A stretch of 20,000 nucleotides of DNA from contig NW_014040269.1 in assembly GCF_001186125.1 (NCBI RefSeq), forward strand, positions 55,694 to 75,693, given 5' to 3'. The stretch is from Sphaeroforma arctica JP610 (Eukaryota). Position numbers and translations under genes: made by a program. Every line of letters begins with the position of its first letter. Position 1 is the first letter of the stretch. Of the stretch, positions 1 to 10,779 are shown piece after piece. The notes beneath the pieces are model-generated. The model made no database searches. It was not told the origin of the DNA and worked only from the letters and a program-made list of their open reading frames with translations.

Positions 1-25
1 TTGCCGTGAAACAACACGCCACATT
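1..25 (-). CDS. DMXL2: DMXL/Rabconnectin-3 alpha exon 10, partial (runs off window)
   Basis: Good acceptor ggtctctctcag at 26 in phase 0, giving NVACCFTA after SGHT. Too short to confirm. Confidence 0.5.
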
Positions 26-213
26 CTGAGAGAGACCAATTGTATGACAATGCCAAAATTTCACATCGTACTTGATATCCTAATCAAAGGGAATTTAGAA
101 ATGAGCGACATTCTAAACTTTTCGAATGTATTAACTGCCAATGTCGTATTCATTTCAGAGATGGACAATTGCGGGATCGCTACATTGATTCGTACTATAA
201 TTCTTCGACATAC

Positions 214-380
214 CGTGTGTCCACTACAAATTGTGTCAAACTCCAACCCAATAAAGGATAATTGATCATTGGTATTGAGTATCAAGAGTTTCCAGCGTGA
301 GATGGAGCCGTCAGAACCCCTAGCGATAAGAGCAATTTCGGTAGGTGTGCACGGATCGCCTCCTTCTTTCAAGTTTGTCC
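214..380 (-). CDS. DMXL2: DMXL/Rabconnectin-3 alpha exon 9 (5' boundary approximate)
   Basis: PTEIALIARGSDGSISRWKL...ICSGHT resembles DMXL2 PTVMMISKHIDGSLNQWAV...YCGHR. GTATGT donor at 213. The only phase-1 AG before the in-frame stop at 421-423 is a weak gaag at 381. Confidence 0.75.
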
Positions 381-698
381 CTTCATTTGTATGTGTGATA
401 ATTTGTAAGTGATACTTTATTCAACGAATCTGAATGATCCCATGACGCCACATAGACACGCTTCGAGATTGATATGACATTCAATACCGCAATCCCCGAA
501 ATATTCAATGACAAAACTCCTAAAATCGGGCTATTGATCAAACACACTTAAAGCAGAGGAACCATTCCCTTCACATCATTTCTTCAATTATCACAATATC
601 GCAATGATATACTGTAGCTCTTTCACGTCTAATTCTTCACTGGAGGGAAAATAATACGAATTCATCCTTGATACAACAACCTGGATAAGAATACTTAC

Positions 699-852
699 TT
701 TGCACCGCTGATGAAGTTGCATCTTTTTGAGAGTCTTCCGAGCTGCCACCTTTATTGTAGCTGTCTGCGCCAAAAATCGCTAGCACTTCGTATGCAATCC
801 GTTTGGCTTGATGAGCTGGTAGTGCATCCACCATTCGGGCCACCAAGGACAC
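699..852 (-). CDS. DMXL2: DMXL/Rabconnectin-3 alpha exon 8
   Basis: VSLVARMVDALPAHQAKRIA resembles DMXL2 VSFSSRIPVAFPSGDASSLS. aag acceptor; canonical GTAAGT donor at 698. Confidence 0.75.
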
Positions 853-1050
853 CTTACATTTGTAGAAAACAACTCAACAGATCAACACACTCGTATACAA
901 AATTTCTGAACCTAGGTAGAGCATACTCGGATTCGCCAGTGAGATTGTAATTACACACTTCAATACAGCCAAGACATATAGAAAACCGCACAACGTACCA
1001 TGTAATATTGCACGGGAATTGAAATTACGTAGGCTGGAGGAAGATTGTAC

Positions 1051-1196
1051 CTGTGGTATGCATCTAGGTTGTGAATCAACACCTTCAATTTTCCAAACGA
1101 CAAAAGCGCCGTCATCTTCAAACGCAAAGGCATAATCCTGCAACGCCCGACAGGTGTGTGTGTAGTGATGGTTGTCGGCAGCAACAGCAGCAAGAG
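1051..1196 (-). CDS. DMXL2: DMXL/Rabconnectin-3 alpha exon 7
   Basis: Acceptor cattaacag. QDYAFAFEDDGAFVVWKIEGVDSQPRCIPQ resembles DMXL2 PDMLFTIHPVDGTFLVWHVKYLD..RQVQ. Donor CAG/GTACAA. Confidence 0.82.
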
Positions 1197-1364
1197 CTGT
1201 TAATGTGGTGAATACGTTCAGTAAAATTAGTATGTATTATACCGAGTTTAAAGTACAGAAATCCTCAGTTGCTTTGTCAGGGTTCTTGAGAGAGTGGACT
1301 TTCAGATGGGTAGATACAAGCGCACTCGAGAAAGTAAAAGCAACCCAATGGGAGATACTCATAC

Positions 1365-1774
1365 CGGCAGCGTCCTTAGCAGCACTTTTCCAGGTTGGTT
1401 TGGAATGACCCAGTAGATCGCGCGAGAATTTCTTAGCGCGTGATCTGTCCAGTGCCAGTTCCCTTTCCAGATCAAACGAAGAGTCTCTCGTGCTCAAACA
1501 GAGTAGTGGTCCCGGCAACCAATTGACGGCCGCATAGCTCTCCTGTGAATTGTAGTCCTTGTCGTGTTGCGGTTGCAGTACAGTCCCGTCATCTGTGTCA
1601 CTGCTCGTTGACGCATATACGGCTTGAGTTTGATCTTGGGAAATAATTATTTTCGGCTGAACAACAGCAGCCAGGTGGAACCTAAGGACATCGCTTGTCC
1701 AACCACAATTCCCTACCCACACTCGACTTACTCGGTCGCAACATGATGTCATCAGAACGGCTGCATTTTGAAAT
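1365..1774 (-). CDS. DMXL2: DMXL/Rabconnectin-3 alpha exon 6
   Basis: Acceptor catcgtag (phase 2). AVLMTSCCDRVSRVW..LRFHLAAVVQP..AVNWL resembles DMXL2 VLLTSCHDGVCRLW..FHIAASINP..VVHWL. The 3' end is placed at the phase-1 GTATGA donor at 1364; a weaker alternative GTACTT donor lies at 1256. Confidence 0.8.
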
Positions 1775-2010
1775 CTACGATGCCGGTTTAAATGTGCAGA
1801 GGTAAAAGAAGTGTCAGCTAGTGGTGAATCGTGGTGACGACTTATTCTAAAAAAATGCCAGTCATTTTGCTACGTACACCTGATTCAGACCTTGATGTGG
1901 CTATATCAGCCACTTGAAAATTGCGCAAGTCTATTCAGGAAGCCATGGAAAGCAATATTACTCGGCTGCGCAATGCAAATGGTACATGGGAAGAAGTGGT
2001 TGTCACAAAC

Positions 2011-2207
2011 CTTCTATATGAGAGTGGACTCGGTTCTCTCCATTGAAGACCGGTCACGGCACGTGGGTGGGGTAAGTATGAGAAGGTCCACCAAAGCTTC
2101 TCGTTCGCTAATGAGGACATCCCAGTTGCATCGTCATGCGCACTCGGCTGCGGCGTGGCCTTCAGAAGGCCCTCTCTTCGCCACCACACTTTCACCAGAC
2201 GGTCAAA
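2011..2207 (-). CDS. DMXL2: DMXL/Rabconnectin-3 alpha exon 5
   Basis: FDRLVKVWW...FSYLPHPRAVTGLQWR matches the DMXL/RAV1 motif FVYLAHPRAVTGFSWR. Acceptor atatag; phase-2 donor AG/GTTTGT. Confidence 0.92.
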
Positions 2208-2374
2208 CTATATTTCGAACAGCGAATAAACCGCTTGGGTTAATATGGAACAGTGTTCAGACTTGCATATACGATAGACGTAATCGGTCTGCTATCTTAG
2301 TCACACGTTCACATATCAGTGTAAATCAGGCAAACTACCTAAATATATGGAAGACAGGCGCAGAACATACTCAC

Positions 2375-2652
2375 CATGCCAGCTGATGCTAGAAATTTGC
2401 CATCGGGCGAGAACCTCAAGTGATACACAGGCCTCGCCATAGGTATATCCACGATAACTTTAAGACGGAACTTAACATCGGGTGTTCCATCCGAAATCTT
2501 CTCTTCCTTGGGTCGCTCCTGCTCCTCTTCCTTGTCCGCTTGCTGCTTGAGTGCCCGTGCTTTAGCCTTTTCGCCCCAGAAGTCATCTTCTAGATCATCC
2601 TCACTATCGTCATGTAGACTGCCTTTTGTACCGTCCTTCGTAAGCAACGAGC
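2375..2652 (-). CDS. DMXL2: DMXL/Rabconnectin-3 alpha exon 4 (acidic loop plus WD40 repeat)
   Basis: Phase-1 acceptor aattccactgcag at 2653. Peptide ends RPVYHLRFSPDGKFLASAGM (cf. DMXL2 VHLMEWSPDGEYFATAG). GTGAGT donor at 2374. The 5' boundary is less certain because the preceding intron is in frame and stop-free. Confidence 0.82.
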
Positions 2653-2829
2653 CTGCAGTGGAATTTTGAGACTCGATCAGGGCGAATTCAAACACCTCGC
2701 CACCTCGATCTTCCATCAATTTGATGTACTTGCTCGTACAACCGCATTGAGTACCGAGCTTAAAACATAGTGATTCCGCTACCCCATTATCAGGAAATAA
2801 CCAATACAATACAAACAGAATATACATAC

Positions 2830-3004
2830 TGAAAGCCCTAGCGGTCTCCAAAGCCAGAATATCCTCCTCCGGTCGAGAAAACACTCGCAGCGAGTCACTG
2901 CCGGTTGACAGCATACGACCAGAACGTCCCCACGAAACCACGTGCACTGGTGTCTCATGCTTCAGACGCAAAATGTTTACCCATCTGTACGGATGCTTGC
3001 CGGA
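2830..3004 (-). CDS. DMXL2: DMXL/Rabconnectin-3 alpha exon 3
   Basis: Acceptor ttctttcccatag (phase 0). SGKHPYRWVNILRLKHETPVHVVSWGRSGRMLSTGSDSLRVFSRPEEDIL resembles DMXL2 ..LAWDPQDNRLLTATDSIQLWAPPGDDIL. GTATGT donor at 2829. Confidence 0.85.
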
Positions 3005-3613
3005 CTATGGGAAAGAATTTGTTGGAATAGAAAAAAATAATAAAAAGTTATTTTACCCGCAGGTGGAGATAAATCACTCGAAGCATACGGGATAGATAGA
3101 ATACAAGCTCCATCAAAATACACACTGGGCTGTCAAATTATGCAATGATTTTCAGAGCATTTATTGAACCTAACGGTCTCGCCATTGTATAGTGTAAAGC
3201 ACAACTAAAAGACTTACGCGAAGGTACATCCCAACCTACATGCCGCACAATTCATGTAAAGTCATTGGAAGTGTGTTCTTCCGTCTGAACAGCACATATT
3301 CACACAAGACAACTTTACGGCCATCGTAAACGAACCCGACCGGGTTCACATATAAAAAATATATTGGAACGAGGCGATACCATCACCAGAAATAAGATCA
3401 TGCATATAGAAATGCACCAACAATCCCGTAAATACACATTTTATACGCACACAAGCAAAAATGGTTTAAACAAAAGTAGCGAATGTATACCTGTAGTGTC
3501 TAGTTGACATTTATGTACTGATATCATTGCATAGCTCTATCGTCCCGAACTAGAGAAAACGAGGCGAATTTAAATCGATATGGGATACTGTGTATTGCCC
3601 ATGTTTAACCTAC

Positions 3614-3864
3614 CAGCTCTGCGCAAAACTTGGGCTCGTACACGAGCACAGAATTGCCATACGTAACAGCAATGCGACTGCTTGTAGTGTCCCAAGCTAC
3701 ACATTCCGCAGGGCAATCGATATCTTTGGGTTGTCCGATAACTTGATGTAGATTGAAAGTATCTCCGTACATGATCACCACGTCCATTGCTTTGCAATAA
3801 ACAACGAAGGAGGTATCTCTGAAACGTCCGGTAGTCGTCGCATATGGCTTCCCATTGCAAGCGC
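3614..3864 (-). CDS. DMXL2: DMXL/Rabconnectin-3 alpha exon 2
   Basis: Acceptor ttttttgactgcag and donor GTAGGT. Peptide ACNGKPYA..FVVYCKAMDVVIM..LHQVI..CVAWDTTSSRIAVTYGNSVLVYEP parallels DMXL2 AVNPG..FTAYGSGCDIVIL..GRIAASYGNAVCIFEP. Confidence 0.92.
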
Positions 3865-4494
3865 CTGCAGTCAAAAAAGTGAAATATTAATTTGAAAGAT
3901 TTAAACACTACAATTTCTCAGATTAAGAAGGTACAATATCATCAGAAGTCAGACAGGGGTGGACCTGAAAGCACAAGGAAATGGTCTGACATAAGTTTGA
4001 GAAGATACGGTATCATTATATACAAGACTGAGGTGCAACTAAAAACACAATCAAATGCATGTCGGGGGCAATAGTAATACTTTTCTTGGTTTAAATTGAT
4101 GTTCACGAGTAGATACGTACAATATCAAGTCCTCAATGCAACTGATCAATTTTTGACAAATAAACATTTCATCATATTGCATATATTCATATCCTTTTTA
4201 CAAATAAAGTGACATATATAAATGCTTTCTGCACCTAGCGATAGAAAAGAATAATTGTAGATATACATCGATATGCAACAACAACTATCGGAAAAATGTA
4301 TATTGTTATAACCAATTGGAAGCACATAGGTTCTTATGAACGACCTTTTCGTAAACATTTAGTTATCCTTGACATGAGAAGAGAAGCTTGAAAATGGTAG
4401 GGCGTCACATATATACAGAACTAGACAGTTTATAATAACAGCAAAAAGAACATGAACGAACAACCACATCCATGTGTATCATTACACTAGTACA

Positions 4495-4980
<486 letters not shown>

Positions 4981-5366
4981 TTATTGATGACAACAGTAAA
5001 ATTTGGAACATACATGCAAGCACACAGTATACAAATATACACTCTCCTCACTACCACCTATAGACTATAATGTACAGTCCCTGCTTTTGGAACCGCTGTG
5101 TGTGTACACGAGAACGTAAAATACGAATAATGTTAAACCTAAATTATACAGTAAAACGTGAATCCCGAAAAAAAGGCACAATATTTAAATCTCATAGCGT
5201 ATTAAGCTCTCGAATATGCAACGTGAAGGGTTACAGATGTTGACGATATACGCGTGCTTGGAATAATATTCGCATATAATACACGTGTCGCAATAATATA
5301 TTTATATATTGGTACATTTGTCGAGAGAAAAAATACGTACTCATTTCATCGTGAAGGGAAACCTAC

Positions 5367-5391
5367 CGGTAATTACTTGCTGTAAACGCAT
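5367..5391 (-). CDS. DMXL2: Rabconnectin-3 alpha/DmX-like WD40 protein, coding exon 1 (MRLQQVIT-G)
   Basis: ATG at 5391 gives MRLQQVITG, matching the recalled DMXL2 N-terminus MHLHQVLTG. It is followed by a GTAGGT donor at 5366 (phase 1) that joins in frame to the acceptor at 3865. Confidence 0.85.
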
Positions 5392-5767
5392 GTTGTTCTT
5401 TTAGTAGTCAAGAAGAAGAAACAACGGCGTCTAGACTGCTTGTTTCAAGTAGAATGATATATGTTGCAGTTGTGCGATTTCCATACATATCTAGACAGGA
5501 GCCGACTTCGATAAGAGTACCAGCATACAGCTATGTAGTGTTCTACTGTTCATATGTGTTGCGAACTCCAAATTGATCTTTGCTTTTAACCTGCGTGACT
5601 TTGTTTACAATACGAACCGAAAACCACTTTAGCGAGAGGTTCGAATATACTGTTTTGGAATACATATTTTAGAATTATTTATATATAAAATAATAAAATA
5701 AATATATGCACTAAAAATATATTTTTACAATGATCTTTTTTATATATATAAAAAACAATATATATTT

Positions 5768-6220
5768 GGGGCACAGCAGTGAGAATCGGGTCGTTCCCGT
5801 TCATCCAAAATGTCGTTTCACAAATCCGGGACTTTTGGAGCGATGTATTGGCTATAGCACCCGATACCAACGGTGAAAACCTAAAAACTCGACTGTTTTG
5901 ACCTCCATTCCTCCAGGCCTTTCGATCCTAATTAAGTCAAAATTTTATGGGTTAGAAATGCTTCATCCTGTGTATGCTAAGCCGAAAAAGTCCATTTTAC
6001 CTATTGTAAACATTTGGGCCGGGCAAAAGTCTATACATTGGGCCACCACATGTCCAGAATGTCGTTTTTGGAAACTCATCGGTTTTGGCATTGTTATGAT
6101 CTGCCAAAAGCAACCATTCATTTTGGAGAAAAAAATGAAGGCTAGTTTTGGAAATATTTCGGGGTGAAAATCAGGATGAACGACCTGGTTCCTGTTTTTT
6201 TCAAATACTGCTGTGCAACC
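5768..6220. mobile_element. Putative non-autonomous DNA transposon (MITE-like), about 450 bp
   Basis: Inverted termini GCACAGCAGT (5771-5780) and ACTGCTGTGC (6207-6216). Subterminal inverted motifs GGTCGTTC and CGTTCATCC pair with GGATGAACGACC. ATATTT lies on both flanks (5762-5767, 6221-6226) as a candidate TSD. It is a more GC-rich island within very AT-rich flanks. Confidence 0.55.
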
Positions 6221-7304
6221 ATATTTACTGCTATGTATTTAACTATTTTATTTTTAAACAAAAAAATACATTCATCCGTGAAAACATGTACTTTTTTTAT
6301 AGAAAAATTTGACATACATTGTATTACTGTATAAATACCACATCATCGGTAAATTTATTTAGAGGGCATGTATTATCATATACATAATCATCGCGATCTC
6401 ATCTCGAAGTGCATCAACTGTCGATACGATGATGAAGCCAGTGCAACCTACAGGTGAGAAGCTGTATGATGTAATGTTCTTTCCGTTGAATTGCGCATTT
6501 ATAGACACGCATAAATGCAACCGTATATCTATTAACCGTACAAACGTATAACCAACCCCACAAACCATACAAGTTAACATTGCTAGCCAAAAAGTAGCGA
6601 GCGTATCGGATGACTTACCAATCGACCTTGATTCCTGAAGGTTTCGACATATTGTTAGCGTTAATGAGCCCAAAATTGCACGCCACCCGAGAAAGGCGTG
6701 CATACCGAATCGTACACGCGTGTGAAGACGATCAGTTATTCGCCTACTTGTGCATACAAATTCAAATTGAAAAGTCTTACAGTGGTGCACAGGCATATTC
6801 GAGGAGATGCTCTTACGCTAGGCTACCGGTGTATGCTTATAAAGTTGTGGTCAAGTGTTACCAACACTCTTTCTCATTCTGTTTGGAGGCGTGATCTACT
6901 CAGTTGGTGGCGTGCAGAATGAAGCTCTATATCACTCCTGGTGTCAATATACAAAACTGGAGTGGTGTACGGCTATTTTATCTCTCTATTTATAATATGT
7001 TGCATCGGTGTGACACGTACTCTTCTTTATCTTCAAAGCGGTGTACTATGAAGCACACGGATTATTGGTTTGGTTCAGTCTTGGAGCTTTACTTCTGGAT
7101 TGTTCTTGAGCGTAGTGAGTGGTCGATTGTCGGACGAACGTCAAAAACTCGCCACAAATGGTAGCGTTTAGATATACACTCGTCGTGCAGATGAATGGTG
7201 ACAATATGTGTTTGAATCTTTGGTATATGATTCTATCACAAGTGTAGCGAAAGATGTTCGAATGTTGTTACTGTACTCCCATATGTCTTGTGAAATGTAA
7301 GAGC

Positions 7305-7399
7305 TTCATGTGTACGCCGCTATGATATTCATGTGTATGCCGCTATGATATTCATGTGTATGCCGCTATGATTTTCATGTGTACGCCGCTACGATTTTC
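7305..7399. repeat. 23-bp minisatellite, 4 copies (TTCATGTGTAYGCCGCTATGATW)
   Basis: Units start at 7305, 7328, 7351 and 7374. Confidence 0.97.
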
Positions 7400-7740
7400 C
7401 ACGAGTATTGGTGAGAAGTCTACTATGGTTGAGTTAGAGCCTCATACCTATGTATAACAGCAGTTGTATTATTATGCAAATTTTTGACCACTCACTGTAG
7501 AGAAAAACTGATGTACTTGGTCAAGGTCATTGCACTGAACAATGGCCTTGAGGCGCTCGTATAAACATGATAAGGATCGTCATATTACAGGACCAAGGTG
7601 ACAAACAATGCAAGCCGAGGGACATTGTATATACATATGTGTTATAGGCTCATGGGTTGTGTTGAAGCTTCTCGTGGAACTGAGATTCTTCTTTGTTTAT
7701 AAACGTCTATACCACTACTGTTATACCTGTACACATCCTA

Positions 7741-7799
7741 GTAGGATACTAGCTGATGATCGAAACTGACAGTTACCTAAGAAATCCTAACAATCCTAC
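7741..7799 (+). ncRNA. Candidate minimal type I hammerhead ribozyme motif (imperfect)
   Basis: CTGATGA (7753-7759), TC, GAAA (7762-7765), then a near-palindromic helix III AACTG-A-CAGTT (7764-7774). Upstream TAGGAT..TAG can pair with downstream CTA..ATCCTA as helix I. The register at the cleavage site is off by 1-2 nt. Confidence 0.35.
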
Positions 7800-9553
7800 G
7801 AGAAGAATAAAGAGCGCGTACAATAATATTTAAATATATTTTGTTTCAAGAGACCTTTCGAGAACTTGCGCGTCCATGGGTGATGTGGTCTTTGTAGAGG
7901 TACTAGTATCAACCAAGGTGTCAAATATAGATTGTGTCCGTGTCATGATTATTAACTAGGTTGCACTTGGAAATATTTAGATACGTCGCGCAGTATGGAG
8001 CAATGACTGCTATCTTATTAGCATCGTCCGTGTTGCTCGTGTGCTCTAGTGATAACAAGTGTGCTGATCTCACCGAGCGCTTCAACTGTTTAAGATATTA
8101 ATATCATCCCGAAAGTGTTTCACAAACTGTACAATGATGTAGCATATTGATGCAAGCGACGGTTTTAACTCACATGCCATACTTTATGTGAATTCTTCAG
8201 GGTTAGTCGAGGGCAAAGCATATCTGCCTCTGGGGAAATGGTTTATAATCAAGGCCGGGTGTATGATTTATCGTTGTAGATTCAGGTATATCAAATGGAG
8301 CGTTGTGTTCATCCTTCTTTGCGGAGTTTGTCAGCCCTTTTTATGAATCGTTTTATGACTACTAGCCCGTGCAGGAACAAACTTTAAAGATCAATTTCAC
8401 ACTTCATCCAGGTTTGCAAGTGATGACACTACATATTCCCAATTTTTGCTCAACTTCGAGGATGAAGACGAACTTCAAATGGAAATGCGGGTATATTGCT
8501 TGGTTTTCTCAATTGATTTTATCCTTTTTTTTTACTTTATATGACCGCGCTATGTGAAATCTAGATATGTCATGAACCTTTAATAACAGGTTGGTCTCGC
8601 AGCATTGGTGAATAGCAACTTCCATCTTACACGAATGTTAACAAGCAACCTGGAGATGATCGTCGTTATTCGCAAACCTTGCCCGAAGGTTGCAGCTAAA
8701 GCATTTCGGTGGCAAAAACCAGATCATCATGGCAGCTTGGTTTCAGTGCAATTCGTATTGCAAATCAGTCATCGCACAACTACGTGAGTATATTCTTTGT
8801 CGACTTCGCGTACGAATTGAAATTAAGAGCTTCATTCATTTAGCTCTCGTCTGTTGCGAGTAATTAGCTTACGCTCCGCTGTCCTGTCCTTTACAATATA
8901 ATTAGAGGGCAAATTAAGCATAGCGTTCCGGCCATGCCTCAAAAATTGGCATCGGATTCTGCACCTGTCGTAAGAATGTTCGATGATGACCCAATTAAAG
9001 CAAATAGTTCTGGAAGCTCGGACTTAACAGCAAATTCTACAATGATGGTAGACCATGGTGAAAAGAAATTTCGGAAGGGCTTTTGCGAAATTACCGCAGC
9101 AATGGAAAGCTCTCGTAGGAGGATCGCAGAGACGATGTCAAGCCTTCGGATGAATGAGTTGATCAGCACAGGTATTGCCTTGTTAATTTTCACTTCCAGT
9201 GCAAAGAAATACTTTTTTGCTCAATGAACTCCACAATAGGCTTCAAGTTTTATATAAGTTTGATGACAGCTATTAATCATATTTATATACACAGCTTCAC
9301 GTGTTAATTTCGTAGAGACCATACGTATGAAACAGGCCATCGTATTGATTCGCCCTGGAAACCGCTAGTGTTTCTTAAAACATTCTATCAAGCTTAGAAT
9401 TTACTATTGCGTATTGAAGTTTACTGTCTGTCATCGGCGGCTCACCACTCGTGTTATCCCACAATGTATATTTAATATATACTTCATTCATATCTTGATT
9501 CATCAGCTTCGACTTTCCACATGCGCCCAACGGACACACACAAAAGCTGCGAA

Positions 9554-9602
9554 ATACCCATCCTGTTCTACCCTGGATACCCATGCTGTTCCACCCTGGA
9601 TA
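9554..9602. repeat. 23-bp tandem duplication
   Basis: ATACCCATCCTGTTCTACCCTGG is followed by ATACCCATGCTGTTCCACCCTGG (2 mismatches). Confidence 0.85.
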
Positions 9603-9659
9603 GAGAGCAGTGCAAGCTACGACTGCGGTAGGGTTATGAGAGCACCCTCAAATCAACAA

Positions 9660-10330
9660 CCATCGAGCATGGGCAGATCAACTGCGCGAGCTGAATCAGC
9701 AACGCCAGGTGCGCATGGAGGTAGCTGAATCAGCAGACCTTTAGAATTTGCTAAGGAACTCGACAAAAGTTTTACTGAGAGCGTTGGAGATATCACTGGG
9801 AGACTTGAGAATGGTTGGCGAAAGTTTTCCCCAGTAGTGCTACGTGAGAGATCTATAATCTCGACAACAGTTTTAAAGTATCGCTGAGAATGCGTTCACA
9901 TCTATCGTGTGTGGCTAGTACAGCTGGGCAAACATAAGCTCAACATAAGTTTTTAGCCGTCGTCTTCACTCGGTAAAATTCTTACAGAGTACCAGCTTGG
10001 AGCTCACACACCAGGCGTGTTTGAGGTATGTTTGTGTACCTTGATAGTCCCGAGTATTCTATGGAAGGTTAAAGAGGTCCACGGGTAACGCGTGTGTATG
10101 CGAGAACGCGCATAGCTACATGAATGAAGGCGAGCAAGACCTCTACGAGCTACCGTCAGGTTGAAGTTCAAATGAGTGAGGGAGCTCATATTCACGTGTG
10201 ACGAGGCAAAATGCTAGATACCTTTAATCGACTTTTACAACAGCTCCATTCACGAGGGCAATACCTTCGCATCCTCAGTGAGAATGATGCCGTGCAAAAT
10301 TCGAATATAAGAGTTCATGACATGCTTGAT
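9660..10330 (+). pseudogene. Possible decayed gag-like coding relic
   Basis: Protein-like helical stretches broken by stops and frameshifts (AWADQLRELNQQRQVRME; EFAKELDKSFTESVGDITGRLENGWRKF; LDTFNRLLQQLHSRGQYLRILSENDAVQ). The last recalls the retrotransposon capsid pattern. No diagnostic motif. Confidence 0.25.
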
Positions 10331-10779
10331 ATTATATACACTCCCTGGAAGCTGACAGGCGTAATGAGAAATACCATGGAATTCTCCCGACTAGGACCAT
10401 ATACTGTGAGTTTTTGTATGTACCAATTACAACAGATGAATCTTATAGTAAACTGCTAGTCACAAATGAGTCAAGGGCAGCCCGACGTTGATGCGGACAC
10501 AGGCTAGTCTAGAGCGAGCCTTGCTTGAATTTTGGTTATCGGAAGGACCGTAATATTATCAATCCACGAAGCAGTGAACCTAATCATATTAGACTGTGGC
10601 AACATCACTGAAAGTATAAATAGTGATGAAGGTGGACTCGCGTACACAATTGAACACAAGTACCCTTTGAGCGTATGTGAACGAATGCTTTATTTATTTT
10701 TTGTTACACGCAAATTAAACCAATGTGAACCGCAGCCTGTAGAGAATCCCCTCGTAGGTCAAACTAGGGAAGAAGCAAG

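Larger units (their letters stand above)
6420..7800 (+). mobile_element. Possible highly decayed Penelope-like retroelement (RT C-terminal half, GIY-YIG, 3' ribozyme)
   Basis: Degraded motifs occur in PLE order across shifting frames: RYDD (6422-6433), AFID followed in frame by TNV*PT (6495-6557), RAYRI (about 6695), LGYR (about 6820), SNVV/CE.CK (about 7260-7300), IGE (about 7410), then a hammerhead-like core. Each motif alone is weak. Confidence 0.3.

Noticed and set aside
1892..2386. 164-aa plus-strand ORF
   Set aside because: It is antisense to DMXL exon 5 and flanking introns and has no recognisable motif.
6610..6894. ORF as a Harbinger/ISL2EU transposase N-terminal HTH
   Set aside because: The resemblance is superficial and no DDE catalytic region follows.
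7305..7399. 23-bp repeats as a CRISPR array
   Set aside because: No spacers; this is a simple minisatellite.
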